Shown here: positions 1-20,595 of the stretch, one piece after another
Numbering within the stretch: the stretch's first letter is position 1
Layout: every line of letters starts with the position of its first letter
Assembly (NCBI GenBank): GCA_963693365.1
Contig: CAVNZM010000001.1
Span: forward strand, 16,983,840 to 17,047,839
Origin: Amoebidium appalachense
Taxonomy: Eukaryota; Protista; Ichthyosporea
Direction of reading: 5' to 3'
DNA: 64,000 nucleotides
Notes under the pieces: generated by a model
The model's input: the letters and a program-made list of their open reading frames with translations, nothing else
Databases searched by the model: none
What the model was told of the DNA's origin: nothing
Position numbers and translations under genes: made by a program

Positions 1-168
1 CAACCACGACACCTTGTCAAGCCCCCATCCCTCCCCTTTACTCCTCCTGTCTCTCCTTCCTTCTTCCCCACCTCTACCACCCATTCCCCTTCCACCAAAT
101 TCTCTGTCCCTCCTGTTTTCCCTCTCTCTCCCCCTCTTTTTCTCTTTTTCTTCCCCCCCCCCCCCCCC

Positions 169-1405
169 CTGAGTTGTGGGCCCCCCCGGAGGATGGGTGG
201 GCTCTGCTTATTATGCATACTCTTTATGTATGGCTTGCATTCTGCATCGTGTTATCCGTTTGTTCTTGTGTACTTCGTACTTTTTGACGCATTCAAACCC
301 CCGCCTGAGTTGGAGCGTCGTATCTAGGCGGGCTAAGGGGTCGAAACTCAGACGCAATTGATGACTTGGGCCCTCCCTGAGGATGGGCTCTGCTTATGAC
401 GCATACTGTGCACATGGCTGATGTTGCATACTTGAATGTTTGCCTTTTGCATGTGTCCTGCACCATGCTTCTCGTCGTGTATGCGTACTTCATACCGTGT
501 TCCGCATTCAAACCCCCCCAGTCTTCTTTCAGAGGTGTCCTTTCAGGACAGACCACTGTGTGGAGTCCGCTTTACTTTATACAACCGGGCATGGTTGCTC
601 TGTGTTGTGCATCTGTAAGCACATACGCATTTTTCGCTGCACTGCATTAGTTTGCACACACATCTTCACCGTCCTTCCTTGCATAAGCAACCCTGCTCGT
701 CTTTGAACAAGACGAGTTGACCCGCCCAAGTTCAGTTAATGCTGCTGTCTGAGTTGGAGCGTCGTATATACGCGGGCTAAGGGGTCGAAACTCAGACGCA
801 ATTGATGACTTGGGTCCTCCCTGAGGATGGGCTCTGCTTATGACACATACTGTGCACATGGCTGATGTTGCATACTTAAATGTTTGCCTTTGCATGTGTC
901 CTGCACCATGCTTCTCGTCGTGTATGCGTACTTCGTACCGTGTTCCGCATTCAAACCCCCCCAGTCTTCTTTCAGAGGTGTCCTTTCAGGACAGACCACT
1001 GGGTGGAGACCGCTTTACTTCCATGCAACCGGGCATGGTTGCTCTGTGTCGTGCATCTGTAAGCACATACGCATTTTTCGCTGCACTGCAGTAGTTTGCA
1101 CACACATCTTCACCGTTTTGCTCACCTTGCTTGCATAAGCAACCCTGCTGGTCTTATCAAGACGGATTGACCCGACCAAGTTCAGTTGATGCTGCTGTCT
1201 GAGTTGGAGCGTCGTATATCCGCGGGCTAAGAGGTCGAAACTCAGACGCAATTGATGACTTGGGTCCTCCCTGAGGATGGGCCCTGCTTATGACGCATAC
1301 TGTGCTCATGGCTGATGTTGCATACTTGAATGTTTGCCTTTGCATGTGTCCTGCACCATGCTTCTCGTCGTGTATGCGTACTTCGTACCGTGTTCCGCAT
1401 TCAAA
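169..1405 (+). mobile_element. Structured non-coding repeat: 3' fragment of subfamily B (169-302) followed by about 2.5 head-to-tail units of subfamily A (period 444-450 bp), in a SYF2 intron
   Basis: CTGAGTTGGAGCGTCG recurs at 305, 749 and 1199. The array is preceded by a poly-C run and ends at GCATTCAAA plus a poly-C run. The same sequence is dispersed at 8 other loci in the window. Confidence 0.9.
681..842 (+). ncRNA. Conserved structured RNA core of the repeat (subfamily A); candidate permuted hammerhead-like ribozyme
   Basis: Closing helix CATAAGCA(682-689)/TGCTTATG(835-842); hairpin CTCGTCTT/AAGACGAG; GACCC(719-723)/GGGTC(782-786); GTCTGAGT(747-754)/ACTCAGAC(790-797); GGA+GGGC / GTCC+TCC(814-820). 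Motifs GUU 753-755, GAAA 787-790 and CUGAGGA 821-827. Pairings covary in subfamily B. Catalysis is not demonstrated. Confidence 0.6.
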
Positions 1406-1534
1406 CCCCCCCCCAACCCCCCCCTCCCCCCTCCCCCCTCCCCCCCCCCCCCCCTTCCTCCCCCCATCCCCTCTCCCCGTCTCCTCTCCTTTCTCTTTCT
1501 CTCCTCCCCAATTCTCACCCACCGCCTCCACCAG

Positions 1535-7688
<6,154 letters not shown>

Positions 7689-8044
7689 GCGGTGGTTGGT
7701 TTTGGCGTGCTCTCTCTTTTCTTTTTGGCATGACGTGTGTGTGCTTGTTTTGTGTAAATGTGTTTGTGTGTGTGTTGGGGGGGGGAGGGGGGGGGGGGGG
7801 GCTGCCTTTTTGAACTTCCGATTTCTTTTGGTTTGCATTCAAATATTCATGCAAATGCCTGATGAAACAGTGAAGGGATATCCGGTATCGAGCACCCACC
7901 ACCCATGACTACCAAAGACTGACCCCTTGGCACCGCATAGATATAAATAGAAACATTGTGAACATGATTACGATCTACGATCGTCTGCTGGTTGGATGCT
8001 GTCTTGTGAGCTAGTGGGCACTTGTCTATATGTGTGTAGGTGTC

Positions 8045-8077
<33 letters not shown>

Positions 8078-8701
8078 TGGGGGGGGGGGGGATGATGTAA
8101 CAATGGTGATTTCGTGAAGGTTAGCCATTGCAATTTTGGTTTTACATAACGAAGGACCTTGAGGCTGGTACTGAAACACAGACGTCATATGTACTGTCTG
8201 TGTGAGTAGTAAACGAACGTGGTGCGTGACAACTTGAGTCATGATTTGAAACGCTTATTATGCTTTCCAGCACCAGCTAATAGTATATATATACTGCAGT
8301 TGTGCGTAGCTTGTTTGCCGATAAAGCCAATATTTAACAATGTAATGATGTTTTTGCCAATAAAAAGTTCATGAAGAGTTCCAGTTTGTTTGAATCGATA
8401 ATGAAGTTGGTGTGACCATATGCATGGCCCGTGGTTGCTCTAAATACATACACAGGGTCACGTGTTCTCAAATTCTCTTTCTGCTTTTCGCTTTGGCGGA
8501 TTTGAAAGATAATGGTGCTGCGGTGGCAATATGCCTGTACTTAGGCATGAATTCACCTGGCCATGGAATATAGTAATACTCTTCGTTCACTTCCCACCCC
8601 AAGCATGCATGATAAGGCATTTTTTAATTTGAAATGGGGGGTTGGGCATGCGCAGTAGTAAGTATTGAGGTCCCGGGCCCCCCTTACGGTGGGTCCCCCA
8701 G

Positions 8702-8737
<36 letters not shown>

Positions 8738-8994
8738 GCTGACCACCGGCCTGGGTGGGTCCCCCCCTTCCCCCCCCCCCCCGCCCTCCCTAAGCTGACC
8801 ACTGGTTTGGGTGGGTCCCCCCTTCCCCCCCCCCCTCCCTTCCGGGGGAGGGGGGACCCACCTCTTTGGTGGGTCAAGGTGGGTCCCCCCTCCCCCCTCT
8901 CCCCCCCTCCGTCCCCCCCTCCCCCCGCGCGGGGAGCCGACAGGACCCTCCGCGCCGACCGCGGCTGCGCACCCTCTCAATGTTTTTGGGCGGC

Positions 8995-9030
<36 letters not shown>

Positions 9031-11100
9031 TTTTTTTTTTATCCACGGTGACCACCATCACACTATCATAAAGTTTGTACTACGTCGTCTTAGCTTCCCT
9101 TTCTTTTAACAAGTGCTTCAAATTTTGATTAGGACAAATCTATCTGCACAACATGAAGCAATTTTTGTGCCGTGTAGACGTGGGACCCTGTGTGTATTTG
9201 TCCGTAAGGTGGGTGGGCATTCGGCACTGCTAATCACTGTGGTGGCCTTACAGTGTGTGAGTAAATGCCGTGCCACATGTGCAAGCTGCGTGGACGCAAT
9301 GCCACTATACCCTTAGCATGTGCGAAATTACATGGCATTTTACGTGTGTGCACCAGAGAAGAGGGTGTGTGCACACGTGTGCGTGTGGTTGTCGCTGCGC
9401 ATGTGTGTCTCACTGCGTGTTTGTCTGTGTGTGTGTTTGGGTGCTTATGTGTGGGTCACGGTGTTGTGTGCGTGTGTGTTTGTCAGTGATTGAGAGTCTT
9501 CTCAAATTCTCTGGCACAAATTTGCACACACGCGTGTGCCTTCCGTGGCATGTGTGTTTGAATTGCCATAATGTGTGTGTGTGTGTGTGTGTGTGTGTTT
9601 CTGTTTTTGATGATGAACATTGGTGGATGATGCATGGATGAAGTTGTGATATATAGAGAGCAAAAAAGGCGGCGCGGTGGTGTGATGGTGGTGGGTGGGG
9701 GGGGGGGGGGGGGGGGGAGGGGGGGGGGAGGGGGGGGGAGGGGGGGGGGGGGGGAGGGGGGGGGGGGGAGGGATAATAAGGGGAAGCAGTTAAAGAGGAA
9801 AAAATTACTTCAGCCTAAATGTGCACGTGCGCCCCGTGTGCACACTCATCATTATGTTCCACTACAGAGCCAGCATGATATTACCCTACGGCAGTCTGTG
9901 AGCGTATTGGAGAGCGTGTGCGCGCGTGTATGTGTGCCTGTGTGTACATGTGCAAGTGTGCTTTACTGTACATCGTCGAGAAAGTCGGTGGTCATGAACA
10001 ACAGGTCATTACGGTCTTGGTATGAGCTTGAGATCCTAACCAAGGGGCGTAAAGAGGGGGAGGCCCACACGGGCCTGCATACGTTCCGGGGGAGGGGGGG
10101 GGAGGTGGGGGGGGGGGGGGGGGGGGGGAGGGGGGGGGGGGGGGGGAGGGGAGAGGGGGGGATGCCTAGCTAATAAGCAGGTCATTGACCCAGGGTCCGA
10201 GTGATAATTGATATATACCAAGAGTGGGTGTAGGAAAGGTGCCGATGCCATCATGTTTTCAAGTGGGCCAATATACATACTCACTGATCAAAAGTTTTAT
10301 TTTTTGGTAATTTTTGGGTAGAACACCTACCTACTCGGCCAGCAGAGGGGTGGGGGGTCCCTTCCTCCCCCACCCCACCCCCCCCCAGTCCCCCCAACTT
10401 TTTACTACCCCCCTCCTCCCTCCCCGTTTCCAAATCAAAAGGTTTAGGTGATGATTAATGTTCTTGTGATATATCCTGTGGATATCAGAAGCAAACCAGT
10501 TCACTTCAAGAGTACCGTGTGAATCGAACCAGTGACGCACAACGTGAACATGTAGCTGAAACTTTTGCAAAAACGTTTTCATAAAACAAACAAAAAAGTA
10601 TGAATAGAGGCTCCGGACTCTCCTAGTCTCCTAGTCTCGAGTACATGCAAGGATTCACAAAATCATTGTATCTACAGTACATCATGAGTAGATTTAAAGC
10701 TTTGATAATAACTGACAGACGGTGCCCTCGCCGGCTTAAGTCAGTGTCTTAGGTGTCCGTGAGGCACGTGGGAACTGCCGTCTTCCACTTGGTCTAACTT
10801 TTAAAGTCGCTATTAGCGAATCACCCAAAATAAACATCGAATCACCAAGGCATCACTCTTTCGGAGATCATGCCATCCGGGTAGCCACTAGTCGACATTT
10901 ACCAGCGGTTTCCTTTAGCGGGCCTTGGTTTTTTAATATGATAATACATTACTTGTTGTTATAGTGTAGTCACTGACCAGCAGTATTTTTATTACTGTAG
11001 CAAATTAGGGGCTGGGCTAATCGACAGCTTCTGAGACTCCATGGCATGCAGTATATGAGTCATCCAGAGGGTGTCCTTAAACTCAATAATTGCCCTGCAG

Positions 11101-12156
11101 ATGTCGACGAGTGCACGTTAAGCAGCCACAACTGTGCCGCTGGCACTGCCACATGTACCAACACGGCCGGATCATACACCTGCACCTGCAACCTTGGCTT
11201 CACAGACGGGGGCATATATAATGGCACAATGTGCCCAGGTCTGCCACCCTCTTGAGCTCTTGTCTCGCTCCACGCACATGTACATGTGCAGAGGACTCTC
11301 TGCAGTCCGTTGCCGCTATTTCAAGCCCTCTTTGTCGCTTGCTATGAACAGTATCATAACCGTTTCCGTTGACATCATGGGCACGCCGTCGAGGTTTACT
11401 AATTAGAGCACACTGACACATGTCCACCCTTCGAGCAATGAAGAAACACGAAATCAAACAATATCAAAAATACTGCCAGCAAACAAAATCCAAAATACTA
11501 TTTCAGAGTATCCTAGAATACATGCCGTGACAAGGCTGCTTGAATGAAGGACAATGAGTATGGCATCGGCTTCGAGTCCATGCATCTCTCTCAGTGGTAA
11601 CAGACTGATTTCACTTGCCTCTTGCCTCAACTATACGGGCCCTTACATGCCAAGCGGCGGCTGTAGATAGAGGGGAGTGAATGAGTTTGATAGCATTTCT
11701 TCAGCAGCCAAAGAAAGTCAGTTTATGTCCCCCTAAACCCTCGTTACGTCGCAACGGGGGGGGGGGGGGGAGGAGGAGGGGGGGAGGGGGGGGGGGGGGG
11801 GAAGGAGGGGCATGAATGCAAGTGGAAGCTGGAATCGAAATATATTGAGATATATTCAGCATCGAGCTCCCTACAGACTCTGAGACACAAATAACCTTCT
11901 CACAGCCATATTATTTAGAAATAAGAACAGAGACAGAAATCCAATTCGAATAGTCGGCCGGCCCGTAGCCTTTTCCCATACAGTCTGGAGGGACGTTCTA
12001 GTGCAAAACTTTCCCGGTGCGAGAATTTCCTTTTTGCCCCTCCCCCCCCCCCCCCCCCCCCCCCCCCCCAAATCGTACCCCCGGGCTGGCCCTTCTCTCC
12101 CCCCCCTCCCCCCCCCCCCCCCCAATCTATATAAATATATAGTGATGATATGATAC

Positions 12157-12234
<78 letters not shown>

Positions 12235-13438
12235 CTTTTGTGCTCCTTTTTGGCATGAACCACTTTCTCTCTTCTTATCCTTCTTCTCCTGCAGATGCCG
12301 ACGAGTGCAGGTCAAACATCCACAGCTTCTCCACCACTGCCGCATGTACCAACACAGGCGGGTCATTCACCTGCGCCTGTAAACCCGGTTACAGAGGGAA
12401 CGGCTTTAACCTGCTCAGGTATGTCACCCGGGCCATGTGCTCAGATTCAAATGACGTGTTAAAGCTATGCTAGTTACTTGATTAACGGATTAAAGTGATG
12501 CAGAATCACGATTCCGAGGTGTTACATATATTAGTAAATTTAGGTCCGCATGAGAACCGCCTGGTGCAGGACCGGTAACTGCCCGATAGATTGTTTGAAG
12601 CAGTCAGAGTCATAGCATTCGTTCGTACAACTCATCTCATACTTAGCTGACTCTTGAAGACGTGTGGGCCTGCCGTCGGCGGATGCCCGGGCTTTGTAAC
12701 AAACCAACAACTTGAAATATGCACTGTGCACAGCCAAGAGACTAACAACGGCCCCGTCAACAGCTTACATTCCGTGATCCCCACTGACTCTCTCTCTCTC
12801 TCTCCCCCCCCCCCCCCCCCCCCCCTCCCCCCCCCCCTCCCCCCCCCCCCCCCCCCAAAAAAAAAAAAAAAAAAAAAAGAAAAACACACACACACACCGT
12901 GGCACATAAACACACCCCACACGCACACACCATCCTTGAAAACAAACACCTACCACAACAGATATCGATGAGTGCATGTGGAGTGCTGATAACTGCTCCA
13001 CCGAAGCAGGCTGTACCGACACAGATGGATCGTTCACCTGCGCCTGTTGGCCCGGATACACAGGAAATGGTGTAACATGCACGCAAGGTTAAGTACCCTT
13101 CCAAGTTAATCCTGGGGAGGGGGGGATGGGGTACGCGGAGGCGGGGGCAGGGGGGCACGTTCGGTTCTGCTAGTCTTTGGCCAAGACGCCGGTTGACTCG
13201 CCTAGTGCTGCTGAAACAAACAAAGCATTTCCTGGGAACACACTGTGAGAGGTTGAGGGGCCGAAACCCATGCTTTTGTGCCACTGGAGGCAATGCCATA
13301 TGAACCCACTGATGAGCTCCCTCCCATAAACTTTGTAACTAACCAACAACTTGAAATGTGCACTGTGCGCTGCTAAGCAACTTCACATCAACAGCTTAAA
13401 TTCCATAATCCGCACTGACTCCCCCTCCCCCCTCCCCT

Positions 13439-13478
<40 letters not shown>

Positions 13479-13669
13479 CCCTGTGACACACCCCACACAT
13501 ACACAACGTGATCCTCGACTACAAACACCCACCACAACAGATGTCGATGAGTGCACGGCAAACAGCCACAACTGCGCCGTCGATGCTTCCTGTAGCAACA
13601 CAGCTGGATCGTTCACCTGCGCCTGCAACACCGGATACACGGGAGATGGTGTAACATGCACACTATCAG
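11101..13669 (+). CDS. Calcium-binding EGF-like repeat exons (fibrillin/fibulin-type cbEGF); incomplete gene model, possibly a pseudogene
   Basis: Symmetric phase-1 exons 11101-11238 ([34 protein letters not shown]), 12962-13087 ([40 protein letters not shown]) and 13541-13669 ([40 protein letters not shown]) carry the D-x-D-E-C and C-x-N/D-x-x-G-S-F/Y-x-C consensus. No start, signal-peptide or terminal exon was identified. Confidence 0.75.
12295..12418 (+). pseudogene. Damaged cbEGF exon
   Basis: [38 protein letters not shown]: the second Cys is replaced by Phe (TTC). An extra C before the last TGC makes the exon 124 nt, which is a frameshift. Confidence 0.7.
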
Positions 13670-14184
13670 GTTGAGATGGTGTAGCATTATCGAACTTTGT
13701 CGGTGACAGTTCTAGTATGTTCATGGTCCAAGCAGTATGCTACATTCTGAGAGCTGAAGATTTTATTTAGAGATGGTTTTGGTGTCGCATTGTACTACGC
13801 AGCATTGCCACAACTTAATTGATTTGAGGTTCAAATGCATGCATGGACCCGAATAATTCATCACTACATGTATGTACACTAGTAGTGTCCAAACACAATC
13901 ACGTTTTGCCTAATTTCATCGTGTGTTGTCAATGAGTATCAATTCCCAAACTATGCCAATATGTGACGGTTTAACAACTGCATCGTGAAGGTGACGTGCA
14001 TAAGACAAGTCGCAGTTTACCAAATCAACATGAACCTTGTTTTATTCACCTTGTATAAAAGTTTGTTTTAATTTTTTCAATTGTTAAATGTGTAACCATG
14101 GAATGATATTGAGGGCCAACATCTAGCTGCATGCTCCATAAAATTACACGTTTCATTGCTGTCAAAGTGAAAACATCCAAATAT

Positions 14185-14218
<34 letters not shown>

Positions 14219-14294
14219 ACCACCACCACCACTGGAAACGCGTGTGAAGCCTTGATGATACACATAAACACACACACACACACACACACACATA

Positions 14295-14335
<41 letters not shown>

Positions 14336-14354
14336 ACAAACACACACAAACACA

Positions 14355-14391
<37 letters not shown>

Positions 14392-14608
14392 ACACGGTTC
14401 ATAGGATAGGGGTTAGGAGTTGGGCCGCTTTGTGTGTGCACGCGCTCGGCGACGGGCTCGTGTGTGTTACATGTGCAAAGTTTAATGTGCAAGTAGTAGT
14501 AAAAACTTTGATTTTAAAAAAATTGGTGGGGTGCGCATCACGCTATGATCCAGTCTGACCCGAAAGTGGTCAATAAATCGACCTAAAAGAAACCCTTTTA
14601 ATTTGTTA

Positions 14609-17552
<2,944 letters not shown>

Positions 17553-18370
17553 CATCGCAAAGACGAATGTCCTAATTATAACAGTTATTCACAGAGCATG
17601 TAGAGTTACACACGGCCTGGGCCCGCTACAAGTATGGTCACGTATGGTCCGTCCTTGATTTCTATTGGTTAATGTTGATGAACAGTCTTTTTGCCCTGAG
17701 AAGTCCCGCTCTCTCTACCAAGCGCCGTTTGTCGCGCGCTTGCGCCCGCGCGCGCGTGTGTGTACATGTGTATGTGGGGGGGGGGAGCACATTGTGATCG
17801 ATATATCACTGACCGGCCGCGGTGCTGTGATGTCTACAGGCAAGAGAAACCTTGCAGTCAAAAACACTGGGCATGCAGGTATAGTAGAGTAGACACAGCC
17901 TCAAAGGGAGCCCATCACAGCACATATGTGTGAACCACACATGCCTTGAATCAAATAACTTTCTCGCTCGAAAAGGCTACCATTACCGTCGCACTGTGTG
18001 CATAGGGGAGCATTTGCTCTCCTCGACACCTGTTTAAAAATTCTGACGGAATGACGCACAACAGCAGCTGAGCAGTACACATGCCCATAAAGGTACAAGT
18101 GGGCCGGGGGAGCCGGCATGTGCCCACAGGGGTACACATGACACCCCTCCTTAACAGACACGCACATAATTGAACGTCACAAGAAAACCACCAGCTTCCC
18201 AGGTCCCCCACAGGAGGGTAAGCATTGTGCTATATTTATTAGATTTCTATACCATCATTTTCCTCGGGGAAAAAAAAAAAATCGCACGCACACAGGGCAT
18301 ACCGACACGTGTTGTCGCTCAATTCTTATATGAACCGACACACCCATAGTGTGCATACTCATAAAATTGT

Positions 18371-18625
18371 TTACAACTGGCCGCAGTTAGCAATCTCAAC
18401 CTTCTGGCTGGTCTTGCCGCTCTGGGAGCCGACGGCCTCGATCCTCTTAATCACATCCATACCCTCCACAACACTGCCGAACACAACGTGCTTGCCGTCG
18501 AGCCACGCGGTCTTTGCTGTGCAGATAAAGAACTGGGAGCCGTTTGTGTTGGGTCCAGCGTTGGCCATGGAGAGGATGCCCGGGCCGGTGTGCTTGAGGG
18601 TGAAGTTCTCGTCGGCAAACTTGGC

Positions 18626-18667
<42 letters not shown>

Positions 18668-18931
18668 GTCACCACCCTGGCACATGAACTGAGGGATCAC
18701 ACTGCAAACATGAAAGAAGTCAGTAAAACGTAGGGGAGGGGGGAGGGGGGGGAGGGAGATAAGAAACCGACACCGGTGGAGTAGTATAAAAAACAACCAA
18801 CACAACAAGGTGTGCTGGATATCACGTGAAAACCAAAACACAAAAATGCAAGCATGGAGGACTGGGCCTGCTGAAAGCATGATGGTGGCCCACGGATAGA
18901 GGCAGAAGGGTGGAGGTGCTGGTGGTGGTGG

Positions 18932-18964
<33 letters not shown>

Positions 18965-20529
18965 GAGAAGGGGGGGGGGGGGGGGGGGGGGGGGGCATGA
19001 GCTGTGCGAGCAAAAGTAAGCACACACAAGTGCGATGTGGTGGACCAAAGTGTTACCCCCCCCCAAAAAAAAGCGAAGCCGTGTGTTAGATAGGTGGGGA
19101 TATTGTGCGGGTGGGAGGGAAGGGGGGGGGGGGGGGGGGAGCACAGCAGTCTTGGTCTATCCAAGAACCTACACCGGCGGTGCCCATATTTCATAACTAC
19201 CACCTACTGCTAACATCTGAAAAACCTCCACACATAACTCCATTAATCTTCCCCCCCCCCCCCTCCCTCTCGTGCCCCAAAACACACGTAAGAAGACTAA
19301 TTATAACCAGGCTTTTTCCTAAAAAGGGTCATAACAAAGGAGGGCAACTCTTACCGGTGGAAGGTGGAGTTCTTGAAGCCGAAGCCCTTCTCACCAGTGC
19401 ACAGGGCACGGAAGTTCTCAGCAGTCTTGGGCACCACATCGGCACGGAGCTGGGGGGGAACACGAATGTCAGACGACCAAAACATCCTTTCGGACATTGT
19501 CACCTCGACAAAGAGTTTAACGTGGAGGCAAAGTCTTCGAAAGAGCAAAATCTTCGGAAAGAAGGAAAGGAGCCGTGTGGGGAGGAATTAAGGTTGGGTG
19601 TGTGCGTGTGCGTGTGCGTGTGTGTGCATGTGTTTTGGGGGGAGGGGGGGGAGAGGAAAGGGGAGGGTGGGGGGTGGGGGGGGGGGGGGGTAAAGAGATG
19701 CATACATCGGTAGAGAGGGACAAGCAAGAAAAATGCTGTACAGGTGCATCGAAACAGACTGGGCGGTTAAGTGAAGCAAGGTGCACGCACGCAGGAAAGA
19801 GAAGAAGCAGAAGCTCACTACCACAGTTGACTGCAAGCTCTTGAAAGCCGTGGGAAGTGGGGAGGAGCGCACTCAATCAGGATGGAGAGTAAGCAATGGA
19901 ACGGGGGAATTTCCGGGGGAGGGGGGGGGGAAGGGGGAGGGCGGCAGACTGCTGCGACAAAAAGGCGAAAGTTCCGTGGCAGATCAGTCAGACAGCGCAC
20001 AGAGAGCAGCGAGCGTGTGTGGGGGGGTGGAGCGTTGGGGTGGGTTGGGGTAGGGGCTTTGAGGGGAATGGAGGGGGAAGGGGGAGGGGAAGAGAGGAGG
20101 GCAAGAGAGAGCTCGGGGAGGGACGGGGGGAGGTGGGTGAAGCACCACAAAGAGGGGTTGAACTGAGACCACACGAGCAAAGCGAGGAGGGGTGGGGGGA
20201 GGTGGAGGAGAGGAGGAAAGGATGAGGGAGAGAGGGGGGGGGGGGGGGGGGGGGGGGGGGTGGGGGGGAGGGGGGGGGGGGGGGGGGGGGGGGGTATGTT
20301 GCTCTCTGAGCTTGGAGAGGTGTGTACGATCTGTCTCCCAGAAAAACTTAAGGTTTTTAGTTATTTTTAGTCAACCCATTTTGCAGGCTTTCCATGACAT
20401 CAGTTGGCAGTTGGCCAGAGCAATTACTGCGACACCAGGCAGCCAAGAGGCAAAACCCACCTCCATGACGACGCGGCCAGCGGGGGCACCGCCGACGGTC
20501 ATGTCGAAGAAAACCTTAGGGTTGGCCAT
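18371..20529 (-). CDS. PPIA: Cyclophilin A-type peptidyl-prolyl cis-trans isomerase (164 aa)
   Basis: Exons 20529-20461, 19449-19355 and 18701-18371 total 495 nt. Translation [80 protein letters not shown]...[34 protein letters not shown]...CGQL*. Confidence 0.98.
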
Positions 20530-20589
20530 TTTGACTGTGAAGTGATTCCGTGGAACGAGAAACTTGTAGGTGAATGTTGTCGTGTTTGA

Positions 20590-20595
20590 TTTTAT
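20590..20595 (-). promoter_or_regulatory. Putative TATA box of the cyclophilin gene
   Basis: TATAAA on the minus strand about 60 bp upstream of the ATG. Confidence 0.45.

Noticed and set aside
814-832. Local hairpin GYCCTCC-CTGA-GGATGGGC as the conserved fold
   Set aside because: It is possible as an alternative (inactive) conformation. However, the A-to-B change creates a C-A mismatch here while being compensatory in the long-range stem I model.
681-842. C/D snoRNA, SRP RNA, TPP riboswitch or canonical type I/II/III hammerhead
   Set aside because: TGATGA is not conserved in B (GGATGA) and has no terminal box D. No SRP or TPP consensus was seen. The hammerhead motifs are not in canonical order. 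An Rfam search is still needed.
396-1138. Recurrent short ORFs (MTHTVHMADVAYLNVC..., MQRQTFKYATSAM...) in the repeat
   Set aside because: Frames are broken by indels between copies and not conserved in subfamily B. Conservation follows base-pairing, not codons.
305-1405. CRISPR array interpretation of the repeated blocks
   Set aside because: Units are about 450 bp with no unique spacers, there are no cas genes, and the context is eukaryotic and spliceosomal.
11731-11740. Telomere-like CCCTAAACCC
   Set aside because: Single short occurrence, expected by chance.
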